A stretch of 64,000 bases of DNA, from NCBI GenBank assembly GCA_029882395.1, contig JAOUKT010000006.1, forward strand, positions 21,915 to 85,914, read 5' to 3'. The translations under genes were made by a program, and so were the position numbers. The notes below the pieces were generated by a model. The model saw only the letters and a program-made list of their open reading frames with translations, was not told the origin of the DNA and did not search any database. How positions within the stretch are numbered: position 1 is the first letter of the stretch; every line of letters begins with the position of its first letter. Source of the stretch: Gammaproteobacteria bacterium. GTDB lineage: Bacteria; Pseudomonadota; Gammaproteobacteria; SZUA-229. Positions 45,510 through 55,355 of the stretch are shown here, in pieces.

Positions 45510-48278
45510 CTACGCGTTTTTTGCAATTGTCTGGTGATACTCGATAAGCTCGGTAATGCACGTGAGTAACACGGCCACATCGTCTGTGATTGTTTCCAGA
45601 TGCTGGTTATCGATATTAGATTCGAGTTTTACCGCGCACTCTCTCAGTCTGGGTGTGCCGCAATAACTGGTAGCGCCATTTATTTTATGCGTGAAATATT
45701 TAAGCTCTTTAATATCGTTGGCGTTGACTGCATTTTCTATTTTCTCTTTATAAACAGGAAGTTCAGATATCAACATGTTAAAAAGCTCGTCTGCTAACTG
45801 TGGGTTTCCTCCCGCTAATCTAACGGCTTCAGTCTTGTCGTAGCAGTCCGCTTTCTCAGTATCGCTTGTTGAAGCTGTTTTTGCTGACAGCAGGGTTACA
45901 GTAGTGTCTGCATGATCAATATCGCAGTATTGCATTATCTTGTCATATATCTGAAGTTCAGTTACCGGTTTTATTAATATATCATTCATGCCGGAATCTA
46001 ATATTTGTTGTTTTTCTTCGGGCATTGCATTTGCCGTTAAAGCAATGATATTTGTCTCGTTGTTTTTAGATGTTTCGAGCCTGATCTTTTTTGTTGCATC
46101 AATGCCATCGAGGACAGGCATGTGAAGGTCCATAAATATCAAATCAAAGGCAGTGGTTTTGCCTGCTTCTACACCTTCTGCGCCATTTCGTGCAGTACTT
46201 ACGTTGACTTTCCAGTTGTCGAGTATTGATTTTACCAGGTACAGGTTGATTTTATTATCATCTACAACGAGGATATTTAAGTAAGACCAGTCGGCATTCA
46301 GTTCAGGTGTTTCCTTCGGCAGTTTGTTGCTATGAGTGCCGGTAATATAGTTATGTATATCAGTTAAAATTTTATTGGAAGGCGTGTTTCTCTGCAGGCA
46401 TAAAGAAAAGCCCTGTTCAAAATATTTTTTACATTGCTGATGCTCATTTGAGCTGATAAGTGCAAATACAGGTATGTTTTTTTCATGACAGATCGCAATA
46501 TAAGGGCTAAAGTCCGTGTTCTCACTTATCTGTTGAAAACTGATGCCAATTATCATGTAGTCAAAATGTATAATGTTGGTATTGAGAAGTGATTTGAGCT
46601 GATTGGTCTGGGTAATGTGCTGGGGTAATGATTTCCAGGTATTTAATAACAGCCGGGTGTTAAGTCGTAATTGTGATGTGCTTTCGTAAATAATGACGTG
46701 CTTGTTCTCTAAAGCCGATTGATCAGCTGTTTTAGTTTGAAACGACTCTTCTAAAGGTAAAGAAAGCCAGAATACTGAGCCTGAATCCAGGCTGCTTTCA
46801 AAATCTATTTCTCCGTGCATCAGGCTGGCGAGGCTTCTTGATATAACCAGTCCAAGGCCAGTGCCACCGAAGCGGCGCGTGATGGAAGTGTCGGCTTGAG
46901 TAAACGCGTTGAACAGACGCAGCTTGTTGGCCTCGTTCATGCCGACACCTGTATCGGTGATAGTAAATTTAAAATTGTATTTGTTATGGCTTAGTTTGCT
47001 GTGCAGGATTCGGATTGCCACATAGCCTTGCTCAGTAAATTTAATGGCATTTCCGATAAGATTCAGAATTATCTGGCGCAAGCGAACCGGGTCGCCCATC
47101 AGCTGTCTGGGCATATCCGTGCTGCGGTGAAATAAAAGTTCAATGCCTTTTTTCTGTGCCAGAGGCAGCATGATGGTGATAATCTCTTCAATCAAGTCGA
47201 GCATATCAAATTCAATGTTTTCTATGTTCAGCTTGCCCGATTCTATTTTAGAAAAATCCAGAATGTCGTTGATGATAGTCAGAAGGTTATTCGATGATGT
47301 CTGAATGGTCTCCAGATACTGGAGCTGTTGCTCCGTCAGCTCAGTTTTGCCGAGCAATTCGGTAAAACCCAAAATACCGTTCATTGGCGTACGGATTTCA
47401 TGACTCATATTAGCCAGGAACTCTGATTTTATCCTGCTTGCTTCTAAAGCGTGGCTTTTTGAAATATCTAAAGAGATATTTTGTTTTTCAAGCTCGTCTA
47501 ATGTGTTTTTTAAGGTGCGTGTCGCGGCATTAACCTGATTTTGAAGATTGTGTCTTGAAATAGAAAGTTCTTCAGTCATGTTGTTAAAGCCTTTGACGAG
47601 TGTTTCTAATTCGCCGGATGTGTTGGCAGAGACATGGACATTTAAATTGCCTGCCGCAACACGCCGCACAGCGCTGGTTAAACTTTGAATCGGATTTATC
47701 ACGCCCTGGCTGATATACAGAGCCAGAATCGTGCTCAGGGCCAGTCCGGTAAATACAATAATCAGGCTTTTAAAGAAAGTTGTAAACTGAAGATCCGTCG
47801 TGCTCAACGACGACATGGTTAAAACAATGCTGCCTATTTTTTTATTGTGCTCGGTATCCGTATTGCTGAAATCAAAATCATCAATTTCGATTTCAGTATT
47901 AATGATGTCGCTCTTAAAGACTAATAATTTTTCTTTGATTAAAAAACCGTATGGTTTATTGTTGATTTCCGATTCTTTATTCTGATTAATAGAGGTTATG
48001 ACATTGTTGTTAATGTCAAGAATGGCAACTTTATGAATATCCGGCTCATTAAGTGTGTTTTCAATAAGATTATTCAGCAGGTCGGTATTGCCTGAGAAAA
48101 CGCCAAACTCACTGACCTGAGACAAATAGCTGGAAAGGTTTTCTCCACGCTCGTTAAGCCGGTTGCCAATGTCATTGATGCTCGAATAAGTATAGTAGGC
48201 GACCAGTGAAAAAACAGTGATAGCAGTCGGTACCAGTGCAAGCAGCAAGACTCTTTTTCTTATGCTATAGCTGTCCAT
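45510..48278 (-). CDS. Hybrid sensor histidine kinase (periplasmic sensor, HAMP, HisKA, HATPase, pseudo-receiver, REC, Hpt)
   Basis: 922 aa. Two TM helices flank a roughly 135-aa periplasmic segment. H-box MSHEIRTPMNGI, HATPase N/G boxes (GNAIKFT, DTGVGM, GGTGLGL), REC domain (ILVVDDNKINL...DLIFMDLHMPVLDG...K) and a C-terminal Hpt (HTHKINGATSYCG). The start overlaps the upstream binding-protein gene by 14 nt. Confidence 0.88.
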   Translation of the reverse strand: MDSYSIRKRVLLLALVPTAITVFSLVAYYTYSSINDIGNRLNERGENLSSYLSQVSEFGVFSGNTDLLNNLIENTLNEPDIHKVAILDINNNVITSINQNKESEINNKPYGFLIKEKLLVFKSDIINTEIEIDDFDFSNTDTEHNKKIGSIVLTMSSLSTTDLQFTTFFKSLIIVFTGLALSTILALYISQGVINPIQSLTSAVRRVAAGNLNVHVSANTSGELETLVKGFNNMTEELSISRHNLQNQVNAATRTLKNTLDELEKQNISLDISKSHALEASRIKSEFLANMSHEIRTPMNGILGFTELLGKTELTEQQLQYLETIQTSSNNLLTIINDILDFSKIESGKLNIENIEFDMLDLIEEIITIMLPLAQKKGIELLFHRSTDMPRQLMGDPVRLRQIILNLIGNAIKFTEQGYVAIRILHSKLSHNKYNFKFTITDTGVGMNEANKLRLFNAFTQADTSITRRFGGTGLGLVISRSLASLMHGEIDFESSLDSGSVFWLSLPLEESFQTKTADQSALENKHVIIYESTSQLRLNTRLLLNTWKSLPQHITQTNQLKSLLNTNIIHFDYMIIGISFQQISENTDFSPYIAICHEKNIPVFALISSNEHQQCKKYFEQGFSLCLQRNTPSNKILTDIHNYITGTHSNKLPKETPELNADWSYLNILVVDDNKINLYLVKSILDNWKVNVSTARNGAEGVEAGKTTAFDLIFMDLHMPVLDGIDATKKIRLETSKNNETNIIALTANAMPEEKQQILDSGMNDILIKPVTELQIYDKIMQYCDIDHADTTVTLLSAKTASTSDTEKADCYDKTEAVRLAGGNPQLADELFNMLISELPVYKEKIENAVNANDIKELKYFTHKINGATSYCGTPRLRECAVKLESNIDNQHLETITDDVAVLLTCITELIEYHQTIAKNA

Positions 48279-49209
48279 TTTTTCTATCCTCTAGCATGTT
48301 GTTAAGGATAGTGTTCTTGTCAGCGATTTTTATATTGAGCGAATGAGCCACTTTTGTGTTGATTTCAATATTGAAATATTGCGGAAAGGACCGGCTTGCT
48401 GAAGCATAGTTTGAAACTCTGTTTTTATTAAGTATCTCTAATGCCTGCCGGCTTATATCCAGTGGTGAGCTGTGAACAGCCGCAAGCGCACCAGCTCTGA
48501 CATAGGCTTTTGAATAACCAAGAACCGGTATTTTTTTTCTGTAGGTAGTTAATAATATGCCTTTAATGGATCGTTTGTTGTAAATAGAGCTGTCCGGAAC
48601 TGCGAGCAAAATATCTGATTCTTCAGATAGAAAACGGGTTTCAGAGATTAGCTCGGTTCGGTTAAAAACAGTAATGCTTTTTGCGGCCAGACCCGCCTGT
48701 TTAATTTTTTCAGTTATTTTATTTTTTCTTTCGTGGGAGTTTTTGCCGAATAATATGCCCACTGTTTTGAATGAGTTTGACAAGTTTCGGATTAATTGCA
48801 GTTGACGAATAATCGGCTGATCGATGTAAATGACAGAGAACAGATGCCGGTATTGTTTATCGACAGTGCTTTCCAGTTGCATAAATGCCTGCCTGGGAAT
48901 CAACAGACTCAAAACAGGCGTCCTGGTTTTTTTGTTGAATAATAAAAACGCCGCTTTATAGCCGACTGTAATGACGCTGTCGTACTGGTCCAGCGCTTCA
49001 GGTTTAAATTCATCTGTCGAGACATTGCTGACGACATGTTTGTCGAGTAAAAGCTTTGTCTGGATATTGTCGGCCAGATCACGGTGGTAGCCGTGATGCA
49101 GGTTCGAAACGATCAGGAAGTTATCAGCATAAGTTAGACTGCTGATTAAACAAATGCCTATTGTTAAAATCAGCCTGCTGCATCTTGATTTTAGGTATGC
49201 TTGTTTCAT
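48265..49209 (-). CDS. Periplasmic substrate-binding-like protein (ABC_sub_bind / COG2984-type) co-transcribed with the hybrid kinase
   Basis: 314 aa. Signal peptide, then a type-I periplasmic-binding-protein-like layout similar to the orphan SBPs that partner sensor kinases (TorT/LuxP-like logic). The family call is by resemblance only. Confidence 0.6.
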   Translation of the reverse strand: MKQAYLKSRCSRLILTIGICLISSLTYADNFLIVSNLHHGYHRDLADNIQTKLLLDKHVVSNVSTDEFKPEALDQYDSVITVGYKAAFLLFNKKTRTPVLSLLIPRQAFMQLESTVDKQYRHLFSVIYIDQPIIRQLQLIRNLSNSFKTVGILFGKNSHERKNKITEKIKQAGLAAKSITVFNRTELISETRFLSEESDILLAVPDSSIYNKRSIKGILLTTYRKKIPVLGYSKAYVRAGALAAVHSSPLDISRQALEILNKNRVSNYASASRSFPQYFNIEINTKVAHSLNIKIADKNTILNNMLEDRKNGQL

Positions 49210-49227
49210 AAATCCATTTATAATTTT

Positions 49228-51303
49228 TTAAAAGCCTTGTAGTTCGACGGTCAGTAATATTCTGTCACTCATGATGCTGGTGTTGCTCGCAGCTACATTG
49301 CTGTATTCATTGTAATCATTATAATCGCCGCTGATATTTTTAAGCAGTAATGATGTGGTTAACGTGCTATTGCCGATTTTTGTTTTTTTGCTTAATTTTA
49401 AGTTCAATATATCAAATTCTTCTACGGCTTTGCTTACATCGGCCCAGCGCATTTCACCGATTTGATAGTATTCAAGGCTGATGGAATACTGATTCTTGAA
49501 TTGTTTTAGAATATTCAGACCATAACTTTCTTTCGGTGCGGTATTGGAAAATACTTCAACCGTACTGATACCATCCTGAACTTTATCTTCCATCTTGATG
49601 TTCGAGTAGTTGAAACCGATTCGAAAGCTGTGCTCGGGCTGGTAGCTTGCATCGAGTTCGATACCCTCAGAAACCAGCGTTTGAGCATTGTCAAAACCGC
49701 CGTCTTCATTAGCGGAAATGTCAACAATAATATCCGATATCTCGTCGTGGAATATTTTACCATTGATATTGATTCGATGATTCAGGTAGTCAGAATAATA
49801 ACCAATTTCAGAGCTTTTTATTTTTTCAAAATCCAGGCCGCCGGGGCTGCTTTTAAACGGAAAAGCAATCATTTCATTAGTGATACAGGTGATAGGCGGA
49901 GGGATTGCTATCGCCAGAATAGGATCACAAATACCCAGACCGCCTGTGCCGCTAACAATCAATGAAGGGTAATAAACAATGTTCATGTTTTCTTCGACTA
50001 CAGATGGCGCTCTGTTAGCAGTTGAATAGCTCAAGCGAAGGCTCTGCTGATTGCTGATTTTGTGCGTTAATGCGATGCGAGGTGAATAACTGGTATTGCT
50101 GATTTCATGATCTTCAGCCATTAGCCCCGTGTTTAAAATAAAAGTTGGTGTAATCGTCCATTCTGCATGACCAAAGACCCGGCTGACATCACTGCTCAGT
50201 GCATTGCTGGTATTGAAAAGACCGGCGGACTCAACGCTGTCATGGCGAAAACTGAAGCCTGACACGGTGCGTAGAATATTACTGGGTTTGTTAAAATAGT
50301 TAAGCTCGATATCCTGCCGCTTTGATTCACTGGAAAAATCGATCAAGACTTGAAAGTCATCGACACCAGTTAGTCCAATATCTGCGCCTGTAAGCATGCT
50401 GGACAGTGAGCGGTTATCGATTTTGTGCTTATTCATATAATACTGTAGCGAAATCGAGCTTTGACTGTCCAGATTACTTTCCCATTTGAAATGGTGGTAG
50501 CTGACACTCGTTTCAAACATGTGAGTTAAAGTGGTGCCGCCGCCTTGCTCTTCCTGAAGGTTTTTGTTGATTCCTGTCTGATAAAAAAACTGGCTGCTAT
50601 CATCTATGGCGTAATCCAGCCTGAGTTTCAGCAGTTCTTCATCATAACTGTCGGCAAAATCATCGAGCCCTTCGTCGCCTCTATGTGACATGGTGACTCT
50701 GAAGTCGGTTTTTTCGGTCTGCGCGCCGATACGGTATAACAGCTGATGTTGTTTGTTATTGCCATTGGCTATTTTCAATAGGTGGCCTTGTGTATCGAAT
50801 GCATTAAAAGTTTTGATGCTGATTACCGCCAGAAATGAATTGGCGCCATAAGCCGCTGCATTTGGTCCTCTGGTAACTTCGATCTGCTCAATTTCGTCAA
50901 GCGTAATCGGCAGGCTTTTCCAGGGTACGCCACCCCAGGTCGGAATATACACGGATCGGCCATCAATTAAGACCTGAATGCGCCGGGAATAGATGCCGCT
51001 CATTCCGTGGTAGGTGACAACCGGGATGTTGCCATCATAAAAGCCGACCTGAAAACCCGGCACCATTCTCATCAGTTCCGGTAGGCTGGTGGCAGTGGAG
51101 GCCTCGATCATTTGACGGCTAATGATGGTGACCGTGCTAGCTGATTCGTTTTGTGGTTGTGACAGGCGTGAAGCAGATAACACTATTGGGATATCGGCTA
51201 AAAAATAATCTTCAGTTAAGGTTTCGGCTATATCCGCTTCCGCCGCATACAGACAGGCAGAAAGACTGGATAGCATAGTGAAAAGCAGTGTTTTAATTGT
51301 CAT
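49228..51303 (-). CDS. TonB-dependent outer membrane receptor
   Basis: Signal peptide MTIKTLLFTMLSSLSACLYA (ATG 51303; the track start at 51315 is a TTG). Plug domain, 22-strand barrel-length C-terminus ending in the aromatic ...LTVELQGF. Confidence 0.88.
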   Translation of the reverse strand: MTIKTLLFTMLSSLSACLYAAEADIAETLTEDYFLADIPIVLSASRLSQPQNESASTVTIISRQMIEASTATSLPELMRMVPGFQVGFYDGNIPVVTYHGMSGIYSRRIQVLIDGRSVYIPTWGGVPWKSLPITLDEIEQIEVTRGPNAAAYGANSFLAVISIKTFNAFDTQGHLLKIANGNNKQHQLLYRIGAQTEKTDFRVTMSHRGDEGLDDFADSYDEELLKLRLDYAIDDSSQFFYQTGINKNLQEEQGGGTTLTHMFETSVSYHHFKWESNLDSQSSISLQYYMNKHKIDNRSLSSMLTGADIGLTGVDDFQVLIDFSSESKRQDIELNYFNKPSNILRTVSGFSFRHDSVESAGLFNTSNALSSDVSRVFGHAEWTITPTFILNTGLMAEDHEISNTSYSPRIALTHKISNQQSLRLSYSTANRAPSVVEENMNIVYYPSLIVSGTGGLGICDPILAIAIPPPITCITNEMIAFPFKSSPGGLDFEKIKSSEIGYYSDYLNHRININGKIFHDEISDIIVDISANEDGGFDNAQTLVSEGIELDASYQPEHSFRIGFNYSNIKMEDKVQDGISTVEVFSNTAPKESYGLNILKQFKNQYSISLEYYQIGEMRWADVSKAVEEFDILNLKLSKKTKIGNSTLTTSLLLKNISGDYNDYNEYSNVAASNTSIMSDRILLTVELQGF

Positions 51304-51468
51304 ATTCTTAGCCAATGGAAAACCGATTATTTGATATTTTTATAAAAAAATGATCATTCCATGACCTTATTGCCCGAATAGCATAAAATAGCCCGCTTGA
51401 GTACTTATATTGATTTAAGTTTATCTTACTGATTATAACCATATTTTATAGAAAAAATGCGTGAATAA

Positions 51469-52365
51469 ATGAAACACTATCCGACAATAGAGCAGTTTAT
51501 AGGCAATACCCCCCTGGTTCGTTTACAGCGGATGGCGAAAGATTCAAAAAATACAATTTTGCTCAAACTCGAGGGCAATAACCCGGCGGGTTCGGTAAAA
51601 GACAGGCCCGCTATCGGCATGATTCAGGCCGCCGAGAGCCGAGGAGATATCAAGCCCGGAGATGTATTGATTGAGGCGACATCGGGCAATACAGGTATTG
51701 CTTTAGCGATGGCCGCCGCGATCAGAGGATACAAGATTAAACTGATCATGCCGGATAACAGTACCGAGGAGCGCAAGGCGGCCATGCTGGCCTATGGCGC
51801 TGAGCTGATCCTGGTTAGCGCTCAGCAGGGCATGGAAGGTGCCAGAGATCTGGCGCTGGCAATGCAATCCAGAGGTGAAGGCATCGTGCTGGACCAGTTT
51901 AATAATAGCGATAACCCGGATACCCATTATCATTCCACAGGGCCTGAAATCTGGAGAGATACTGATGGCGAGGTGACCCATTTTGTCAGTGCGATGGGCA
52001 CAACCGGTACCATTATGGGGGTATCGCATTATTTAAAGGAACAAAATAAGGCGATACAAATTGTTGGTGTACAGCCGACTGAAGGCTCCAGTATACCGGG
52101 CATCAGACGCTGGCCAAAAGAATATTTGCCGGGGATTTTTGAAGCCGCAAGGGTTGATCAAATTATCGATGTCGATCAGCAGCTGGCAGAGCAAACAACA
52201 CGTGCATTATCATCCGAAGAAGGCATCTTTTGTGGTGTTTCATCCGGTGGCGCAGTAGCGGCGGCTTTAAAGCTGTCGGCGACTGTTGAAAACGCAGTGA
52301 TAGTCGTTATTATTTGTGACCGGGGAGATCGTTATCTCTCAACAGGCGTATTTAACGCAAAATAA
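51469..52365 (+). CDS. cysM: Cysteine synthase B (O-acetylserine sulfhydrylase B)
   Basis: 298 aa, colinear with E. coli CysM (IGNTPLVRLQRM, LEGNNPAGSVKDR, ATSGNTGIALAM, lacks the CysK insertion). Confidence 0.92.
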   Translation: MKHYPTIEQFIGNTPLVRLQRMAKDSKNTILLKLEGNNPAGSVKDRPAIGMIQAAESRGDIKPGDVLIEATSGNTGIALAMAAAIRGYKIKLIMPDNSTEERKAAMLAYGAELILVSAQQGMEGARDLALAMQSRGEGIVLDQFNNSDNPDTHYHSTGPEIWRDTDGEVTHFVSAMGTTGTIMGVSHYLKEQNKAIQIVGVQPTEGSSIPGIRRWPKEYLPGIFEAARVDQIIDVDQQLAEQTTRALSSEEGIFCGVSSGGAVAAALKLSATVENAVIVVIICDRGDRYLSTGVFNAK

Positions 52366-52376
52366 CTGGAGACAAT

Positions 52377-53717
52377 GTGGTTCAGAAAAGACGTCGCAGA
52401 CGGGTAAAAAAATTGCCGGATTCTCCGGTTGAATGTGTAATTGAAGGATTAACGACAGAAGGGCGCGGACTGGTTCATATCAACGATAAAGTGGTTTTTG
52501 TTGATGGCGCATTAGGCAATGAAAAGGTGTTGATTGAGTACACTGCCAGCACTTCAAAATTTGATGAAGCAAAAGTACTTGAAGTGATAGAGGCATCGGC
52601 AGATCGTGTCTCGCCACCGTGTCAGCACGCAGATATTTGTGGTGGCTGTAGTCTGCAGCATCTCGATACACAAAAGCAGATTGAAAATAAACAGGCTTCA
52701 TTGATCGAATCACTTAAATACATCGGCAAGGTCGAAGCTGAGAGTCTGTTGCCGGCCATTACAGGTCCTGTTGTAGGCTATCGCTACAAGGCCCGGCTTG
52801 GCGTGCGTTATGTGGCTAAAAAAGAAAAAGTGCTGGTCGGTTTCAGGGAAAAAAGGAGTAATTTTCTGGCCCTGATCGAACAATGTGAAGTCCTGCATGC
52901 CAGAGTCGGTCATAAATTGTCAGCCTTGTCAGATTTGATTTACGGCATGGAAGCGAGGGATCAGATACCGCAAATTGAAGTGGCGATTGATGATGCCAAT
53001 GTTGTGCTTGTCTTCAGGCACCTGGAGGCATTGTCAGCATCAGATTTATCAAGGCTTGTGGACTTTGCTAAAGAGGAAAACTTCGTTGTCATGTTGCAGT
53101 CTGGTGGACCCGCAACCGTGACCAGCCTTTGGCCGGAAGAGTTTAGGTATTTATCGTATCAACTTAATGATCAAAATCTTGAATTCAAATTCGAAGCCAA
53201 TGACTTTACTCAGGTTAATCCGGACATCAATCAGAAAATGATTAACCGGGTGATTGATTTAATGGAGCTGCAGGCGGATGAAAACGTGCTCGATTTGTTT
53301 TGTGGGCTGGGTAATTTCACATTGCCTTTGGCACAGAAAGCGCTGCATGTAACCGGCATTGAAGGCAACCAGGAGCTGGTCAATAAAGCCAATGATAATG
53401 CGGTATTAAATAATATCAGCAATACTGAGTTTTTTGCCGTCGATTTATCAGCCAAACTGGACGGGCAGCGCTGGCTGAATCAACGCTATGATAAGATTTT
53501 GTTAGACCCGCCGCGTTCAGGGGCAATGGAAATGATTCACTATCTAGGCAAGCTGGGTGCAAAACGAATCGTATATGTTTCATGTCAGCCTACAACCCTG
53601 GCACGTGATGCCGGCGCTCTGGTGAATGAATACGGTTATCGTTTGTTATCAGCGGGGGTGATGGATATGTTTCCTCACACGGCGCACGTTGAATCCATTG
53701 CCGTATTTGAAAAATAG
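52377..53717 (+). CDS. rlmD: 23S rRNA (uracil1939-C5)-methyltransferase RlmD (RumA)
   Basis: TRAM domain, Fe-S cysteine cluster (C...CGGCSLQH) and C-terminal SAM-MTase (DLFCGLGNF, DPPRSG). GTG start at 52377 with ggag 7 nt upstream. Confidence 0.9.
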   Translation: MVQKRRRRRVKKLPDSPVECVIEGLTTEGRGLVHINDKVVFVDGALGNEKVLIEYTASTSKFDEAKVLEVIEASADRVSPPCQHADICGGCSLQHLDTQKQIENKQASLIESLKYIGKVEAESLLPAITGPVVGYRYKARLGVRYVAKKEKVLVGFREKRSNFLALIEQCEVLHARVGHKLSALSDLIYGMEARDQIPQIEVAIDDANVVLVFRHLEALSASDLSRLVDFAKEENFVVMLQSGGPATVTSLWPEEFRYLSYQLNDQNLEFKFEANDFTQVNPDINQKMINRVIDLMELQADENVLDLFCGLGNFTLPLAQKALHVTGIEGNQELVNKANDNAVLNNISNTEFFAVDLSAKLDGQRWLNQRYDKILLDPPRSGAMEMIHYLGKLGAKRIVYVSCQPTTLARDAGALVNEYGYRLLSAGVMDMFPHTAHVESIAVFEK

Positions 53718-53771
53718 CCTGTGAATTCTGCTGCTTCTGTAATACAGGAGACAGCAGGATTGTTTAAGCGA

Positions 53772-54503
53772 TCACTCGATATTAAATTCCATTTTAATGC
53801 CGGCTACTTCTATCAGGTCGTTGTTGTTTAATGGACTGGATTTTGAACCGACAATGTCACCATTAATAGTGGGTTGACCACTGTTTGCACCGCCTTCCAC
53901 ATGCAAAATGTAATAGCCGGTGGGTCGGCGTGTAATAGCGGCCACCTGTATGCCCGGTTTGCCCAGTGTGGTCAGTACTTTAGTCAGCGGTAGTTTTTTG
54001 CCTGAGTTGGCTCCACTTAACAGTTGCAGACTGGCCTTGCCGATGACTTTGCTGCTGTTATTTTCATTTTTGTGTTCAGATGCAAGCCGGCTCGCAATTT
54101 TTTCAATCTGTTTGTCAATTTCAGAGCCAGCTGCGCTTTCCGGCATGCCGGCCGAGTCAGGGCGGATGATCATGGTTTTTTCAAAATCAATCTGGCTGCT
54201 TGATGTCGCGGCCTTTGGCCTGGCCTGAAATTTTAACTGGTGTTTACCGATTCTGATTTCATCGCCATTATTGAGTGATATTTTTTTTATCAGGTTACCG
54301 TTTACATAGGTGCCATTGCTGCTTTTTAAATCCTCAACAAAACAGTCACCGGCAATGTTCATGACTTGTGCATGATGGCTGCTAACGGATAAATTGTCGA
54401 TACAGATATCATTGTTTTTATGGCGCCCAATAGTGACGGTCTCGGATGAAATATCATACTGGGATTCAATTTTTCCATCATGGGAAATGATTAGTTTTGA
54501 CAT
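53772..54503 (-). CDS. Double FHA-domain protein (phosphothreonine-binding), last gene of the STK-PP2C-FHA operon
   Basis: 243 aa. The N-terminal FHA is TIGRHKNNDICIDNLSVSSHHAQV...NGTYVNGNLI...DEIRIG. The C-terminal FHA-like segment is YILHVEGGANSGQPTINGDIV...NDLIEVAGIKMEF. Confidence 0.8.
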   Translation of the reverse strand: MSKLIISHDGKIESQYDISSETVTIGRHKNNDICIDNLSVSSHHAQVMNIAGDCFVEDLKSSNGTYVNGNLIKKISLNNGDEIRIGKHQLKFQARPKAATSSSQIDFEKTMIIRPDSAGMPESAAGSEIDKQIEKIASRLASEHKNENNSSKVIGKASLQLLSGANSGKKLPLTKVLTTLGKPGIQVAAITRRPTGYYILHVEGGANSGQPTINGDIVGSKSSPLNNNDLIEVAGIKMEFNIE

Positions 54504-54526
54504 AGTGACTTGTCCAGCGTTGAATA

Positions 54527-55354
54527 TTAGGAAAATATATTTTTAACTTTAGAGATAAGTTTATTCAGGCTCATGGCTTGCTGACTGGGCTGAATAACGA
54601 TAACTGAAATATTGTCGTGACCACCATTGTCTTTTGCTTGTTGAATCAGTTCTGTGCAGGCAATGTCTATCTGGAATTTATTTTCTTCCAGAATCATGTT
54701 GATGCGGCGGTCATCGACCATATCCGATAAGCCATCAGAGCAGAGCAGGTAGGTATCATCGGCCTGTACTATCTCTTCACTGATATCTATTTGCACGGTT
54801 TCTTCAATACCCATTGCACGGGTGACGAGGTTTTTATTTAGTGACTTAGAGGCTTCTTCGGGGGTATAGAAGCCCCTGTCTATCAGCTCCTGCAGCAATG
54901 AGTGGTCAGAAGTCATTTGTTCCATTTCGTGATTTCTGAGGCGATACATTCTTGAATCACCGACATGAGCTACGGTCAGGCGGTTACCGTAAAACAGGGT
55001 GACGACTATGGTTGTGCCCATGCCTTCATATTGAATTTGTTTGCTGGCGGCTTTAAAAATCACCGAATTGGCATTTTCGATGACGTTCTTAATCGCGATA
55101 GACTGATAGCTGTAGCCACTGATCTCTTCATCAATATCCAGATTTTTACAGCGCTCAAGTTCGGCCGGCAGGTCATTTAATATGGAATTAACTGCCAGGG
55201 CGCTGGCTACTTCGCCGCCCTTATGGCCGCCCATGCCATCAGCCAGTACAGCAAGGCTAAGTGAAAGATCGTTGCCGATGCTGTCTTCATTATGTGAGCG
55301 GATAAGTCCTGTATCCGTCATGCCTTCTATTTTTATCAGTTTTTTATTATCCAT
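54527..55354 (-). CDS. PP2C-family Ser/Thr protein phosphatase
   Basis: 275 aa with PP2C motifs (TDTGLIRSHNEDS, LADGMGGHKGGEVAS, DGLSD, GGHDNISVIV). Its start lies 2 nt after the kinase stop. Confidence 0.9.
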   Translation of the reverse strand: MDNKKLIKIEGMTDTGLIRSHNEDSIGNDLSLSLAVLADGMGGHKGGEVASALAVNSILNDLPAELERCKNLDIDEEISGYSYQSIAIKNVIENANSVIFKAASKQIQYEGMGTTIVVTLFYGNRLTVAHVGDSRMYRLRNHEMEQMTSDHSLLQELIDRGFYTPEEASKSLNKNLVTRAMGIEETVQIDISEEIVQADDTYLLCSDGLSDMVDDRRINMILEENKFQIDIACTELIQQAKDNGGHDNISVIVIQPSQQAMSLNKLISKVKNIFS

Positions 55355-55355
55355 A

